A stretch of DNA of 63,675 bases, the filler included. It is 4 parts of 4 records of this genome, joined end to end, with 100 filler letters (N's around TTAATTAATTAA, not from the genome) between each part and the next. Parts side by side here need not be neighbours in the genome. Positions count along the whole stretch, not along the records: positions 20,426 to 52,130 come from SRR20825019_154; 3 more parts are not named here. One strand, written 5' to 3'. A program made the position numbers and the translations under genes. Under the pieces are notes generated by a model, which saw only the letters and a list, made by a program, of their open reading frames with translations, did not search any database and was not told where the DNA came from. Of this stretch, positions 31,083 through 40,639 are shown piece by piece. Position 1 is the first letter of the stretch. Every line of letters begins with the position of its first letter.

Positions 31083-31976
31083 ATGGCGGCCAACCGCACC
31101 CTGGCCATCGCCGCGTCCAGCATTCTGGTGGGGCTGATTGTGCTCGGGCTGAAATTCCTGGCCTGGTGGCTGACCGGCTCTATCGCGCTCTATTCGGATG
31201 CGCTGGAATCCATCGTCAATGTGGTGACTGCCACCGGCGCGCTGATTGCGGTGCGCCTGGCCCAACGCCCGGCCGATGCCAGCCTGCCCTATGGTTATCA
31301 TAAGGCCGAATATTTCTCCGCCGTGCTGGTGGGGGTGATGATCATCGTTGCTGCCATCCTGATTTTGCGGGAGGCCGTAACGGGATTCCTGGCGCCGGAC
31401 ATGCCGGATGCGCCAATACAGGGGCTGGCGGTCAGTGGCGTGGCAACGGCGATAAACTTGGTCTGGGCCTTTGTGCTGCTGCGCGAGGGGCGTGGGGCGA
31501 AATCCCCGGCCATAGCGGCCGATGGCAAGCATCTGATGACCGACGTGATCTCGACGGTTGGCGTGCTACTCGGGCTCGTGCTGGTTTATGCCACCGGCTG
31601 GGCACAGCTGGACGCCGTGCTGGCCGCGCTGGTCGCGCTGAATATCCTTTGGTCCGGCTGGGGCGTTATCCGCGACAGCGTCGGCGGATTGATGGATGCG
31701 GCCGTGCCGGGCGATACACAAAAGACCATTCGCGAGGTGATAGCGACCAGCGCCGATGGTGCCATCGAGGCGCATGACATCCGCACGCGACAGGCCGGCA
31801 AGATGACCTTTATCGACTTTCACCTGGTGGTGCCGGGCGCCATGAGCGTTGACGATGCACACGGCATCTGCGACCGCATCGAAAGCCAATTGCGCGAAGC
31901 GGTGCGGGATGTGCAGATCACCATTCATGTCGAGCCGGAGGACAAGGCCAAGCACGCCGGAATTGTTGTTCTCTAG
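31083..31976 (+). CDS. Cation diffusion facilitator family transporter
   Basis: ALYSDALES, PYGYHKAEY, ADGKHLMTD, HDIRTR and IHVEP. Confidence 0.93.
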   Translation: MAANRTLAIAASSILVGLIVLGLKFLAWWLTGSIALYSDALESIVNVVTATGALIAVRLAQRPADASLPYGYHKAEYFSAVLVGVMIIVAAILILREAVTGFLAPDMPDAPIQGLAVSGVATAINLVWAFVLLREGRGAKSPAIAADGKHLMTDVISTVGVLLGLVLVYATGWAQLDAVLAALVALNILWSGWGVIRDSVGGLMDAAVPGDTQKTIREVIATSADGAIEAHDIRTRQAGKMTFIDFHLVVPGAMSVDDAHGICDRIESQLREAVRDVQITIHVEPEDKAKHAGIVVL

Positions 31977-32016
31977 CCGGCTTGCCCCGTTGGGGAAGGA
32001 CAGGCACATTCTCGCC

Positions 32017-32487
32017 ATGCGCTATCTGACTGCCATTGCCTTGCTGCTGACCACCGCCCCTGCTATGGCGCAGTTCTGGACGCATTATGCCAATGAGCGC
32101 TTCGGCTATGAGCTTGATATTCCACCCAGCTATGAAGGCCAGGGCGAGAGCGAGAATGGCGATGGGCAGACCTTCTATCTGCTTAAATCTGAGCAGGTTC
32201 TGGCGGCATGGGGTGGCTATTTCCTCGAGAATTTCGAAGCCGAGGTCGCGCAGCGGCAGCGCTTTGCAAGCGATGAGAACTGGGCGATCACCTATCAGGC
32301 CTCGACACCGCAATGGGCGGTCTTTTCCGGCCAACGCGACCACCGCATCTTCTATCAGCGCATGATCCCGCTCTGCGACGGAGCCAGCTATGCGGCCTAC
32401 CGGATCGAATACAACATCCGCGACCTGGCAGAGATGGATGCTGTCATTGATGGCCTTACGCGCTCGTTCGTGTCTACAGACTGCTAA
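32017..32487 (+). CDS. Hypothetical secreted protein
   Basis: Signal peptide MRYLTAIALLLTTAPAMA followed by YANERFGY and ENGDG. Confidence 0.7.
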   Translation: MRYLTAIALLLTTAPAMAQFWTHYANERFGYELDIPPSYEGQGESENGDGQTFYLLKSEQVLAAWGGYFLENFEAEVAQRQRFASDENWAITYQASTPQWAVFSGQRDHRIFYQRMIPLCDGASYAAYRIEYNIRDLAEMDAVIDGLTRSFVSTDC

Positions 32488-33125
32488 AACTCAATACCCT
32501 TCTGCGCTTTCACGCCGGCGCGGAAGTGGTGCTTGATCTCCGTCATTTCGGTGACGAGGTCGGCGATTTCGATAAGTTCGTCCTTGGCATTGCGCCCGGT
32601 GACGATGACATGCTTTTCGGCCGGCTTGTTGCCCAGCGTCTCAACCACCTCCTCGAGCGGCAGATAGTCATAGCGCAGGCAGATATTGAGCTCGTCGAGC
32701 AGCACCATATCGTAGGCCGGGTCGGCAATCAGCGCCCTGGCCTGATCCCAGGCCTTGCGGGCGGCCGCGAGATCGCGCTGACGGTCTGCGACGTCCCAGG
32801 TAAAGCCTTCTCCCATGGCGTTGATGGTCACCTGGTCGGGAAATTTGTCGAGCACGTCGCGCTCGCCAGTGTTCCAGACCCCTTTGACGAACTGCACCAC
32901 GCCGACGCGCATGCCATTGCCCAAGGCCCGGAACACCATGCCGAAGGCTGCCGTCGACTTGCCCTTGCCCTTTCCGGTATGGACAATGAGCAGGCCCTTT
33001 TCCTCGGTCTTGGTGGACAGGATCTTGTCCCGCGCGGCCTTCTTTTTCTTCATCTTTTCAGCGTGATAGGCGTCGCGCTCCGCCTCGGTCATGAGATGGG
33101 TCTTCTTGGCGGGTTTGTCAGTCAT
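32484..33125 (-). CDS. cobO: Cob(I)alamin adenosyltransferase
   Basis: HTGKGKGKSTAAFG, MGEGFTW, LDE and TGR. Confidence 0.96.
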   Translation of the reverse strand: MTDKPAKKTHLMTEAERDAYHAEKMKKKKAARDKILSTKTEEKGLLIVHTGKGKGKSTAAFGMVFRALGNGMRVGVVQFVKGVWNTGERDVLDKFPDQVTINAMGEGFTWDVADRQRDLAAARKAWDQARALIADPAYDMVLLDELNICLRYDYLPLEEVVETLGNKPAEKHVIVTGRNAKDELIEIADLVTEMTEIKHHFRAGVKAQKGIEF

Positions 33126-36100
33126 GTGAAGACTCCAGATAGGCAAAGACGGAATTTGAGCGTGGCGACCAGAGGCCACACTGACGGGCTTGGTTGAACT
33201 TGGCGAGGAGTTCATCATAGCCGAAACGATTGGCCTCGATCAGCCATTCGCGCACGGCCTCGTCTTCGACGAAGGCCTCGAAGGCAAGGTCAAAATGGTG
33301 CGTTTTCACGGCGCCGGTGGTGGCGGCGAAGGCGAACATGAACTCGACCGTGGCGATGATCTCGAAGGCGCCGCGATAGCCGTGGCGCTGCATGCCGGCG
33401 ATCCATTTTGGATTGACCACGCGCGAACGCATGACGTGGCTGATTTCTTCGTCCAACGTACGGATTTTCGGCGTTTCCGGGCGGGAATGATCGTTGTGGT
33501 AGGCAGCCGGCTTGTGGCCGGAAAGGGTCTCGGCGGCGAGGGATAACCCGCCCTCGAACTGGTAGTAATTGTCGCTATCGAGCAGGTCGTGCTCGCGATT
33601 GTCCTGATTGTGGATGACGGCATCAAGCTGGCCCAGGCGGGAGCGGAAGCGGTCCTGCAGGGGAAGACCGGCGGCCTTGGCGCCATAGGCATATTGCCCC
33701 CAGGAAATGGCCTGATCGGCGAGCTCGGACTTGTCTGTCCAATTTCTGTTGTCGATCAACTGACCCAGGCCCGCGCCGTAAGTGCCTGGCTTGGAACCAA
33801 AAATCCGGGCACCAGCTTCCAGGGCAGCAGCGCTTTCCGACTTGCCAGATGCCATCAGGCCCAGCGCCTCGGCGCGCATGCGGGCGGCGATCGGGTTGTC
33901 GTCTTCCGGCTCTTCCAGCGCGCCGATGGCGCGGATGGCCCGGTCGAACAGGACGATCTGGGCAGGAAAGGCGTCGCGGAAAAAGCCGGAAATACGAAGT
34001 GTAACGTCGACGCGGGGGCGGCAGAGCCTGGCCAGAGGGATGATCTCATAACCCGAGACGCGCAGCGAGCCGGGATCCCAGACTGGGCGGGCGCCGATGA
34101 GAGCAAGCGCCTGTGCGATATCGTCGCCGCCGGTGCGCATATTGGCGGTGCCCCAGACCGAAAGCGCGACGGCGCGCAGGTAGTGACCGTGGTCCTGCAA
34201 GTGCCGCAAAACCAGGCTTTCGGCCGATTTCCTGCCGAGTTCCCAGGCACTTGGCGTGGGAACCGCGCGGGCATCGACCGAATAGAAATTGCGCCCCGTG
34301 GGCAGGACATCGAGGCGACCGCGTGAGGGGGCGCCGGAGGGTCCGGGCGCGATGAACTTGCCGTCGAGCGCGTCGAGAAAAGCCCGCATTTCTGCGGGTC
34401 CCGAGGCGGCAAGGCGGGGTTTGATGGTGGTTTCGACGGTGTCGAGAACGGCGCGGGTTGCTGTCCAATCGGGCCGGCAAGCGCGCGTGCCGGCGACGAG
34501 ATCGGCGGCGATGATTTCGAGTTGCTCGACCATGTCACCGACCCGGCGCACCCCTCCTGGAGGGTCAGGATGAACAGACTCGGGATCGCTCAATGAAGGT
34601 CCGGTCCAGGGGGTGCCCAGCTTGGCGGTGAGCGGGTCGAAGCTTAGCTTCAGATCGTCGGCGAGGGCGCGAATGAGCGAGTTATCCCCGGGCGCTTCCC
34701 CTCGAGGTATTCTGGCCAATGCGACGGCGAGGTCACGCGCGAAGCCTCCCGCGGGCGATGACCCGAAGACATGCAGGCCGTCGCGTATCTGGGCTTCCTT
34801 CAAATCACAGAGGAAGTTGTCGATCTTGATCAGGGCTTCGGTTTCGCCTTCGGGCAGGCCGATGTCCTGGTCAAGGCGACTGTCACGGGTGAAATCGAGA
34901 ATGCGGCGCTTGAGATCGGCGAGGCGGCGGCGATCCATGCCGGAGGCGGCATAATATTCATCAAGCAGGGCCTCGAGATCTTTCAGCGGCCCATAGGCCT
35001 CGGCGCGCGTGAGTGGAGGCACCAGATGGTCGATGATGACAGCGCCTGTGCGGCGCTTGGCCTGGGTGCCCTCGCCCGGATCATTGACGATGAAGGGATA
35101 GAGGTGGGGCAATTGCCCCCAGAGGGCATCGGGATAGCAATCGGCATCGAGCGCCGCCGACTTGCCGGGCAACCATTCGAGCGTGCCGTGCTTGCCATTG
35201 TGAATGAGGGCGTGGGCGCCAAACTCGTGGCGCAGCCAGAGATAGGCAGCGATATAGCCGTGCGGCGGCACCAGGGCCGGATCGTGATAGCTTTCGGTCT
35301 CGTCCAGATGATAGCCACGGGCGGGCTGGAGCAGGATGACGATATTGCCGAAGCGATGGGCCGGCAGGTGGAAGGCACCCTCGCGGATGAAGGGATCGGT
35401 GGACGGATCGCCCCAACGGGCGGTGACAGCGGTGCGGATTTCTTCCGGGAGCGCGTTGAAAAGTTCGGCGTAGCGGGAGAGCGGCAAGACGGCGTCGGAG
35501 TGGCCGCGTTGGGGATGGGCGTTTGTGGGGCCGGAGGTGAGGCGGGTGATGAGGTCGGCTGAATCAGTGGGATATCTGGGGGGAAATGAACCCCCACCCC
35601 AACCCCTCCCCTCAAGGGGGAGGGGCGTCGGGCCGGTGGACGACAACGAATACCCCGCCCTGTCCAGCGCCATCAGCATGCGCACGGTGGACTCGGGCGC
35701 GTCGTAGCCGACGCCATTGGCGACGCGGCCGTCGCGGATGGGGTAGTTGGCGAGGACGAATGCGACCTTGCGTTCGGGCCGAGGCGTGGCGCGCAGGCGG
35801 GCCCAGTTGAAGGCGAGGTCGACGGCGCGGCGGATGCCGCCAAGGTCGGGCGCATAGGCCGAGAGCGGGCATTGCGTGCGCTCGTGCCAGACAGCATCGG
35901 CCTTATGGCCCACCAGAAGGCCGCCAATGCGGCCATCGACTTCGGGCATGACGAGATACATCGCCATGTCCTTGGAGGAGAGCCCCTGCGGGTCGGCGGC
36001 CCATTGGCTCTCGGCACGGCCGGACTGAATGAGCTGGATCACCGGGGCATCGGTGCCGGTGAAGGGGTTCGATGTCTCATCGAGATCGGCGACACCGAGG

Positions 36101-36960
36101 GCAAAGGCGGTGAGGTTGAAAATTGCGGCCGGTGGGCAGGTGGCGAAGACCTGCTGCACGAAGGCGATGCAGGCCGCCTCCTTGAGCGAGGAAACGACAA
36201 TGGGCACCGGGGCAAGGCCACGGGCCTCCAGTTCGGCGATAAGGGCTTCGAGCGTGGCGGTGCCGGCGCCTTCGAGAGCGGCGCGGTAGAACAGAATGGG
36301 GATGTACCCCGGCCCGGCCTTCCCCCGATAGGGGGAGGAGCCCGCTCCCGGTGCGCGGACACCCTGCAGCCCTGCCTCGTCGGTGACGCCGTTCCTGGGG
36401 TGCCAGAAGCCGAAGCGGGGTAAGGGCTGGGGCGCAATATCCACGGCCAGCAAAGGTTGAGACGCCGGAACCTCCACGCCAACAGCCAGTCTCGTGAATG
36501 CCTGCAGAATTGCATCGGCATTGTCGGGTCCGCCGGCGATGAAGAGACGGTGGAGAATTGTCCAATCGTCGGGGTGGATGGTGGAGCGCGATTGCAGGAT
36601 CGGATCTGGGTTGGTGTCGCCGGGGAGGAGCACCAAGGAGATATTGCGGTTCGCACAAAGGGCCGTCAGTTCGTCGACGCCATATTGGAAATAGGCCGCG
36701 CCGCCGATGAGGCGGAGGACGACCAGCCTGGCATGAGCAACGGTTTGCTCCAGCCACATGTCGACGGAGAGGTTATTGGAGAGCCGCAGCGTATTGGCCA
36801 GACGCAGGCCGCCCTCCCCTGCCCGATCAGCGGCGCCCGCCAGCATAGCGAGTTCGCTATCCGCCGAGGATGCGAAGACGTAATCCCCGGGGGATTGGGC
36901 GAGGTCGATGGCCTCGCCCTCCTGCTGGATCGCACCGGCCTGGGCGGAGAGAAGGTGCAT
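33118..36960 (-). CDS. cobN: Cobaltochelatase subunit CobN, with in-frame palindromic insertions
   Basis: MHLLSAQAG start, MPEVDGR, GKHGTLEWLPGK, DPGEGTQAKRR, LPTGRNFY and RSRVVNPKW. Confidence 0.96.
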   Translation of the reverse strand: MHLLSAQAGAIQQEGEAIDLAQSPGDYVFASSADSELAMLAGAADRAGEGGLRLANTLRLSNNLSVDMWLEQTVAHARLVVLRLIGGAAYFQYGVDELTALCANRNISLVLLPGDTNPDPILQSRSTIHPDDWTILHRLFIAGGPDNADAILQAFTRLAVGVEVPASQPLLAVDIAPQPLPRFGFWHPRNGVTDEAGLQGVRAPGAGSSPYRGKAGPGYIPILFYRAALEGAGTATLEALIAELEARGLAPVPIVVSSLKEAACIAFVQQVFATCPPAAIFNLTAFALGVADLDETSNPFTGTDAPVIQLIQSGRAESQWAADPQGLSSKDMAMYLVMPEVDGRIGGLLVGHKADAVWHERTQCPLSAYAPDLGGIRRAVDLAFNWARLRATPRPERKVAFVLANYPIRDGRVANGVGYDAPESTVRMLMALDRAGYSLSSTGPTPLPLEGRGWGGGSFPPRYPTDSADLITRLTSGPTNAHPQRGHSDAVLPLSRYAELFNALPEEIRTAVTARWGDPSTDPFIREGAFHLPAHRFGNIVILLQPARGYHLDETESYHDPALVPPHGYIAAYLWLRHEFGAHALIHNGKHGTLEWLPGKSAALDADCYPDALWGQLPHLYPFIVNDPGEGTQAKRRTGAVIIDHLVPPLTRAEAYGPLKDLEALLDEYYAASGMDRRRLADLKRRILDFTRDSRLDQDIGLPEGETEALIKIDNFLCDLKEAQIRDGLHVFGSSPAGGFARDLAVALARIPRGEAPGDNSLIRALADDLKLSFDPLTAKLGTPWTGPSLSDPESVHPDPPGGVRRVGDMVEQLEIIAADLVAGTRACRPDWTATRAVLDTVETTIKPRLAASGPAEMRAFLDALDGKFIAPGPSGAPSRGRLDVLPTGRNFYSVDARAVPTPSAWELGRKSAESLVLRHLQDHGHYLRAVALSVWGTANMRTGGDDIAQALALIGARPVWDPGSLRVSGYEIIPLARLCRPRVDVTLRISGFFRDAFPAQIVLFDRAIRAIGALEEPEDDNPIAARMRAEALGLMASGKSESAAALEAGARIFGSKPGTYGAGLGQLIDNRNWTDKSELADQAISWGQYAYGAKAAGLPLQDRFRSRLGQLDAVIHNQDNREHDLLDSDNYYQFEGGLSLAAETLSGHKPAAYHNDHSRPETPKIRTLDEEISHVMRSRVVNPKWIAGMQRHGYRGAFEIIATVEFMFAFAATTGAVKTHHFDLAFEAFVEDEAVREWLIEANRFGYDELLAKFNQARQCGLWSPRSNSVFAYLESSHD
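35591..35625. repeat. REP-like palindrome inside cobN
   Basis: CCCCTCCCCTCAAGGGGGAGGG (35603-35624) is identical to the intergenic copy at 44373-44394. Encodes PLPLEGRGWGGG. Confidence 0.85.
36306..36340. repeat. Second REP-like palindrome inside cobN
   Basis: CCCCGGCCCGGCCTTCCCCCGATAGGGGGAGGAG, encoding SSPYRGKAGPG. Confidence 0.7.
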
Positions 36961-36963
36961 GGA

Positions 36964-38013
36964 TCAGGCCGCCGCCTGCTCCAGGCTTTGCGTGATCGCC
37001 GCACGGTCGAGCGGCTGTTCGCCGATGACGACGAGCGAGGTCACCTTGGCCTCGCCGGGCTTCCAGGGCCGGTCGAAATAGGCGGTGACGCGGGGGCCAA
37101 CGGCCTGGATGGCGAGGCGGGCCGCAGCGCCGGGGATGGCAGCAAAGCCCTTCAACCGCAGGACATCGTGGGACTTGATGGTCTGTTCGATGGTGGCCAG
37201 CAGGTGATCCTTGCCCTGGATGGTGGGCAGGGTCAGCGAGAAGCTGTCGAAATCGTCATGCTCGTGGGTTTCCCCGCCATGTTCCAGCTCGTGGTGGCTG
37301 GGGCGGTTGGCGATGTCGTCTTCGGAGGACATGCCCATGCCAAGCAGGGCAGTGATATCGACGTGACCGTTGGCAGCGCGGATGACGCCGACGCCGGGCC
37401 GGAGTTCGGCACGGATATTGGCTTCCACCGCATCGAGCATGGCCGGATCGACCAGATCTGTCTTGTTGATGACGATCATGTCGGCGGCGGAAAGCTGGTC
37501 TTCGAAAAGTTCGCCCAGCGGCGTCTCATGATCGAGCATTTCGTCCTGCCGGCGCTGGGCATCGACTGCCGCTTCGTCACTGGCAAAGCGGCCTTCGGCC
37601 AAGGCAGCGGCGTCGGCCACCGTGACCACGCCATCAATGGTGACCTGGGCCTTGATCTCGGGCCAGTTGAAGGCGCGGATCAGCGGTTGCGGCAATGCCA
37701 GGCCCGAGGTTTCGATGACGATGTGATCGAATTTCTCGTCGCGGGCCAAAAGCGCCTGCATGGTGGGAATGAACTCGTCGGCCACGGTGCAGCAGATGCA
37801 TCCGTTGGAGAGCTCGACCATGTCCTCTTCGCGGCAGGTTTCGTCACCACAGCCGGCCAGAATATCCTTGTCGACGCCCAGATCGCCGAACTCGTTGATG
37901 ATCAGGGCAATGCGCTTGCCCTTGGGCGCGTGCGCCAGCATGTGGCGCACAAGCGTGGTTTTCCCGGCGCCGAGAAAGCCGGTGATGACAGTGGTGGGGA
38001 TCTTGGTGGTCAT
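36964..38013 (-). CDS. cobW: Cobalamin biosynthesis GTPase CobW (COG0523)
   Basis: TGFLGAGKTT, NEFG, NGCICC, ETSGLA and a His-rich segment. Confidence 0.95.
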   Translation of the reverse strand: MTTKIPTTVITGFLGAGKTTLVRHMLAHAPKGKRIALIINEFGDLGVDKDILAGCGDETCREEDMVELSNGCICCTVADEFIPTMQALLARDEKFDHIVIETSGLALPQPLIRAFNWPEIKAQVTIDGVVTVADAAALAEGRFASDEAAVDAQRRQDEMLDHETPLGELFEDQLSAADMIVINKTDLVDPAMLDAVEANIRAELRPGVGVIRAANGHVDITALLGMGMSSEDDIANRPSHHELEHGGETHEHDDFDSFSLTLPTIQGKDHLLATIEQTIKSHDVLRLKGFAAIPGAAARLAIQAVGPRVTAYFDRPWKPGEAKVTSLVVIGEQPLDRAAITQSLEQAAA

Positions 38014-38083
38014 ATCGGGTCCGCCTGCATGAAACAGGCGCGCCTCCCGCGAGGACGCGCGCCTTTGGGATTGGAATAAAAAA

Positions 38084-38755
38084 TCAGGCGTAGAGGCGCG
38101 GCGTGACGAGACCCGTTTTTGCCAGGCCCCGCGCCAGCTTGGCGCCGGCCAGAACCGCCAGGTCGACCAAGGGTTCGAGCAGGACCACCAGCATATAGGC
38201 GCCACCGAAGGTTGCGACAGAGGTGAGGTTTTCTGCCCCAAAGCCCTGGCCGTAGAGCGCCCAGAAACCCACCCAGAGCACAACGCCACCCTGATAGGTC
38301 GCTGACAGGGCCAGCGCCTGGCCGTAGCGCAAATCCACGTAAGGGGTGTTGGGCGCAATGATGCGATCGGCCAGGAACTTGATGGCGACCAGGGGCGCGA
38401 CCAGCGTGGTCACATTGGCGAAATATTGCGGCAGGTCGAAGGGAGCGAAGAACAGCCCCTGGATCAGGAGACCCAGCGCAAGGCCGATGGCGGCCGGGGC
38501 CGCACCAAAGAGCAGCAGCAGGGTGGAACCGAGAATGAGGTGTACCTCGCTGACGCCCACGGGATAATGCGGGAAGACCTCGAAAAAGACGAAGACGGCG
38601 GCAGTGGCCAGAACGATCCTGGCGGCGAGCGAAACAATGCCGCGTTCGGCGATGGCGTCGGCCGCGAATTTGACCGTCATGGCGCCGGCGGCGGCGGCCG
38701 TGCCGTAGGCCAGCAGCATTTTTTCGGGGGATACGAGTTCGGGTTCGATATGCAT
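38084..38755 (-). CDS. cbiM: CbiM-like cobalt permease (ECF S-component type)
   Basis: N-terminal MHIEP, GVSEVHLILG; hydrophobic; first gene after the B12 riboswitch. Confidence 0.8.
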   Translation of the reverse strand: MHIEPELVSPEKMLLAYGTAAAAGAMTVKFAADAIAERGIVSLAARIVLATAAVFVFFEVFPHYPVGVSEVHLILGSTLLLLFGAAPAAIGLALGLLIQGLFFAPFDLPQYFANVTTLVAPLVAIKFLADRIIAPNTPYVDLRYGQALALSATYQGGVVLWVGFWALYGQGFGAENLTSVATFGGAYMLVVLLEPLVDLAVLAGAKLARGLAKTGLVTPRLYA

Positions 38756-38914
38756 GATCAAGTGTCCAGAATGGATATCACGGGAATTGGCAACAGCGCG
38801 CGATGATGCTCTCGCAGCATGGCGCATGGGACACCGGGTCCCGATCCAGGGTTAGCCGGACGGCTTGAACATCTTGGCCTCCATCTGTCCCACCGACAGT
38901 CGAGTATTCGATCA

Positions 38915-39118
38915 GAGGCTGGCAGGTCTCCTGGCTCACGGGTCACCGTGCCGCTCCACCTTCCCAATCTCCCAAGGGAGATCAGTGGCTTATTTGGAGG
39001 GCACTCGCCGCTTACAGTTGCGGGGGCAGCCACGGATTTGGTCCCTGATGGGTACGCCGCACCGTGTTCCCTTTTGATCCCGTTGCGCCTTTGCGCGCAG
39101 GGAACCAACCTGAAGGCA
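38915..39118 (-). ncRNA. Cobalamin riboswitch
   Basis: Minus strand reads AAAAGGGAACACGGTG...AAATCCGTGGCTGCCCCCGCAACTGTAAGCG...GCCACTG...GGGAAGG...GAGCCAGGAGACCTGCC. Confidence 0.95.
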
Positions 39119-39155
39119 GTGTTAGGCGCAGCCAGGCCACCGGTCAATGGCGGGC

Positions 39156-39755
39156 TTATTCGCGATAGTCGGGATGGGGGTAACTGACAAAGACCAGATC
39201 CACCCTAGCATTGACCTTTTCAATCAAGGGATTGGAGGATTGCACCGGGCGGTCGCCAATGATTTCGTCCACGTCGAGCCCTTCGGGGTAACTCTCGGGG
39301 CTGAAAGTGACGCCGACCGCACAGCCGCCAGTAAGATCGGCGAGGCTACCCTTGTCGAACCCGGCATGGCCGCCATAGTCCCAGCCGAAACCGCTCAGGG
39401 TGAAGGGTGCGCCATTGAGCGCTTCGACCTGAGCCACACTCATTCCGTAGCGCACACCGCCGGGGCCAGTCATTTTAGGCGACAGTTCGACATAGCTGAG
39501 ATCGGTTCGTTCGGCTTCATTCCACCAGACAAATTGCAGGCGCCGCTTGGCGCTGTCAGGATAGACCTCGGTGGCAAGCATTTCGGTGCCCTCCGGGCCG
39601 GGCACAATGCCGGTGCGGACATTGTCGGCACCGTAGATCTCGATCAGCCGGGCTTCCGATGAGTCGATAGCAAAGGCGCCTTCGCAGGCAATCTCGAAAG
39701 CGACAACCGGGCTGGCCATCAGCAGCAGAGGCAAGACGCAGAGGCGCAATGTCAT
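39156..39755 (-). CDS. Hypothetical secreted protein
   Basis: Signal peptide; GPEG, LNGAPFTLSGFGWDYGG. Confidence 0.72.
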   Translation of the reverse strand: MTLRLCVLPLLLMASPVVAFEIACEGAFAIDSSEARLIEIYGADNVRTGIVPGPEGTEMLATEVYPDSAKRRLQFVWWNEAERTDLSYVELSPKMTGPGGVRYGMSVAQVEALNGAPFTLSGFGWDYGGHAGFDKGSLADLTGGCAVGVTFSPESYPEGLDVDEIIGDRPVQSSNPLIEKVNARVDLVFVSYPHPDYRE

Positions 39756-39854
39756 AGTGTTATCTCCTCCATTGGCGCCAGATTGGCGCAAGCAGACGTC
39801 CACAACAAGAAGCGACTCGCCTAATGAACGGGTCCTGAAGCAAGGAGCGACACC

Positions 39855-40109
39855 ATGAAACCGATTACCTTCAGCCGCGAGGAAACCAAGGCCATAGTCG
39901 GGGAGATCCAGGACTATTTCCGCGAGGAGCTGGATCAGTCGATCGGCGCCATTCCGGCGGAACTGCTGATGCAGTTCTTCGCCGAAAAGATGGGCGCCTA
40001 TTTCTACAATCGCGGCCTATATGATGCGCAGGCGCTGGTCAGGAAAAAGATCGACGATGTCAGCGACGAGATCTTTTCGCTTGAGCAGGTGACCAAGCAT
40101 CTGCGCTGA
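39855..40109 (+). CDS. DUF2164 family protein
   Basis: IQDYFREEL...GAYFYNRGLYDA, with an AGGAG RBS. Confidence 0.85.
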   Translation: MKPITFSREETKAIVGEIQDYFREELDQSIGAIPAELLMQFFAEKMGAYFYNRGLYDAQALVRKKIDDVSDEIFSLEQVTKHLR

Positions 40110-40190
40110 TTGCGCTTGCCTGCAGAGGGGCGGTCGATCAGATGGCATTTGGCCCGGCCACGGGTCGATTCGCCCTCAAATGGTGACCAA

Positions 40191-40547
40191 TTGGGTTTCA
40201 ACCTTGCTACGCTCGCCCCGATAGGGCTACTGATCGCCTCCAACCTCTTCATGACTTTTGCCTGGTACGGGCATCTGAAATTCCCCGGCGCGGCCCTGTG
40301 GGTCGTGGTGCTGGTGAGTTGGGGCATCGCCTTTTTCGAGTATTGGCTGGCAGTGCCCGCCAACCGGATCGGCTATGGGGTCTATTCAGGCGCCGAGCTC
40401 AAGACAATTCAGGAGATTATTTCCCTTTCGGTCTTTGCGCTGTTTGCGGTGCTCTATCTGGGTGAGAAATTCACCTGGAACCACGGCATCGGGTTTGCGC
40501 TGATCGGGCTGGGCGCTTTTTTCATATTCAAGGGGCCGCTTAAATAG
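40191..40547 (+). CDS. Small DMT-family membrane protein (DUF486-like); start uncertain
   Basis: SNLFMTFAWYGHLK, SWGIAFFEY, VPANRIG and LKTIQE. Confidence 0.85.
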   Translation: MGFNLATLAPIGLLIASNLFMTFAWYGHLKFPGAALWVVVLVSWGIAFFEYWLAVPANRIGYGVYSGAELKTIQEIISLSVFALFAVLYLGEKFTWNHGIGFALIGLGAFFIFKGPLK

Positions 40548-40560
40548 GGCGGACAAGAGA

Positions 40561-40634
40561 CCTCTCATCCGCCCCATCGGGACAGTCTCGGTTCGGTGCC
40601 CGAGGGTTGGCCCTTCTCCCACAAAGGAAGACGG
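40561..40634. repeat. REP-like intergenic element between convergent genes
   Basis: CCTCTCATCCGCCC...CCCTTCTCCCACAAAGGAAGACGG resembles rhizobial palindromic elements. Confidence 0.5.
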
Positions 40635-40639
40635 AAAAA

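Noticed and set aside
1-39118. Apparent B12 super-cluster (mutase + metH + cob genes)
   Set aside because: The B12-dependent enzymes and the cob cluster are on different contigs separated by an artificial linker, so there is no evidence they share a genome.
38758-39187. ORFs upstream of cbiM
   Set aside because: The region is explained by the cobalamin riboswitch.
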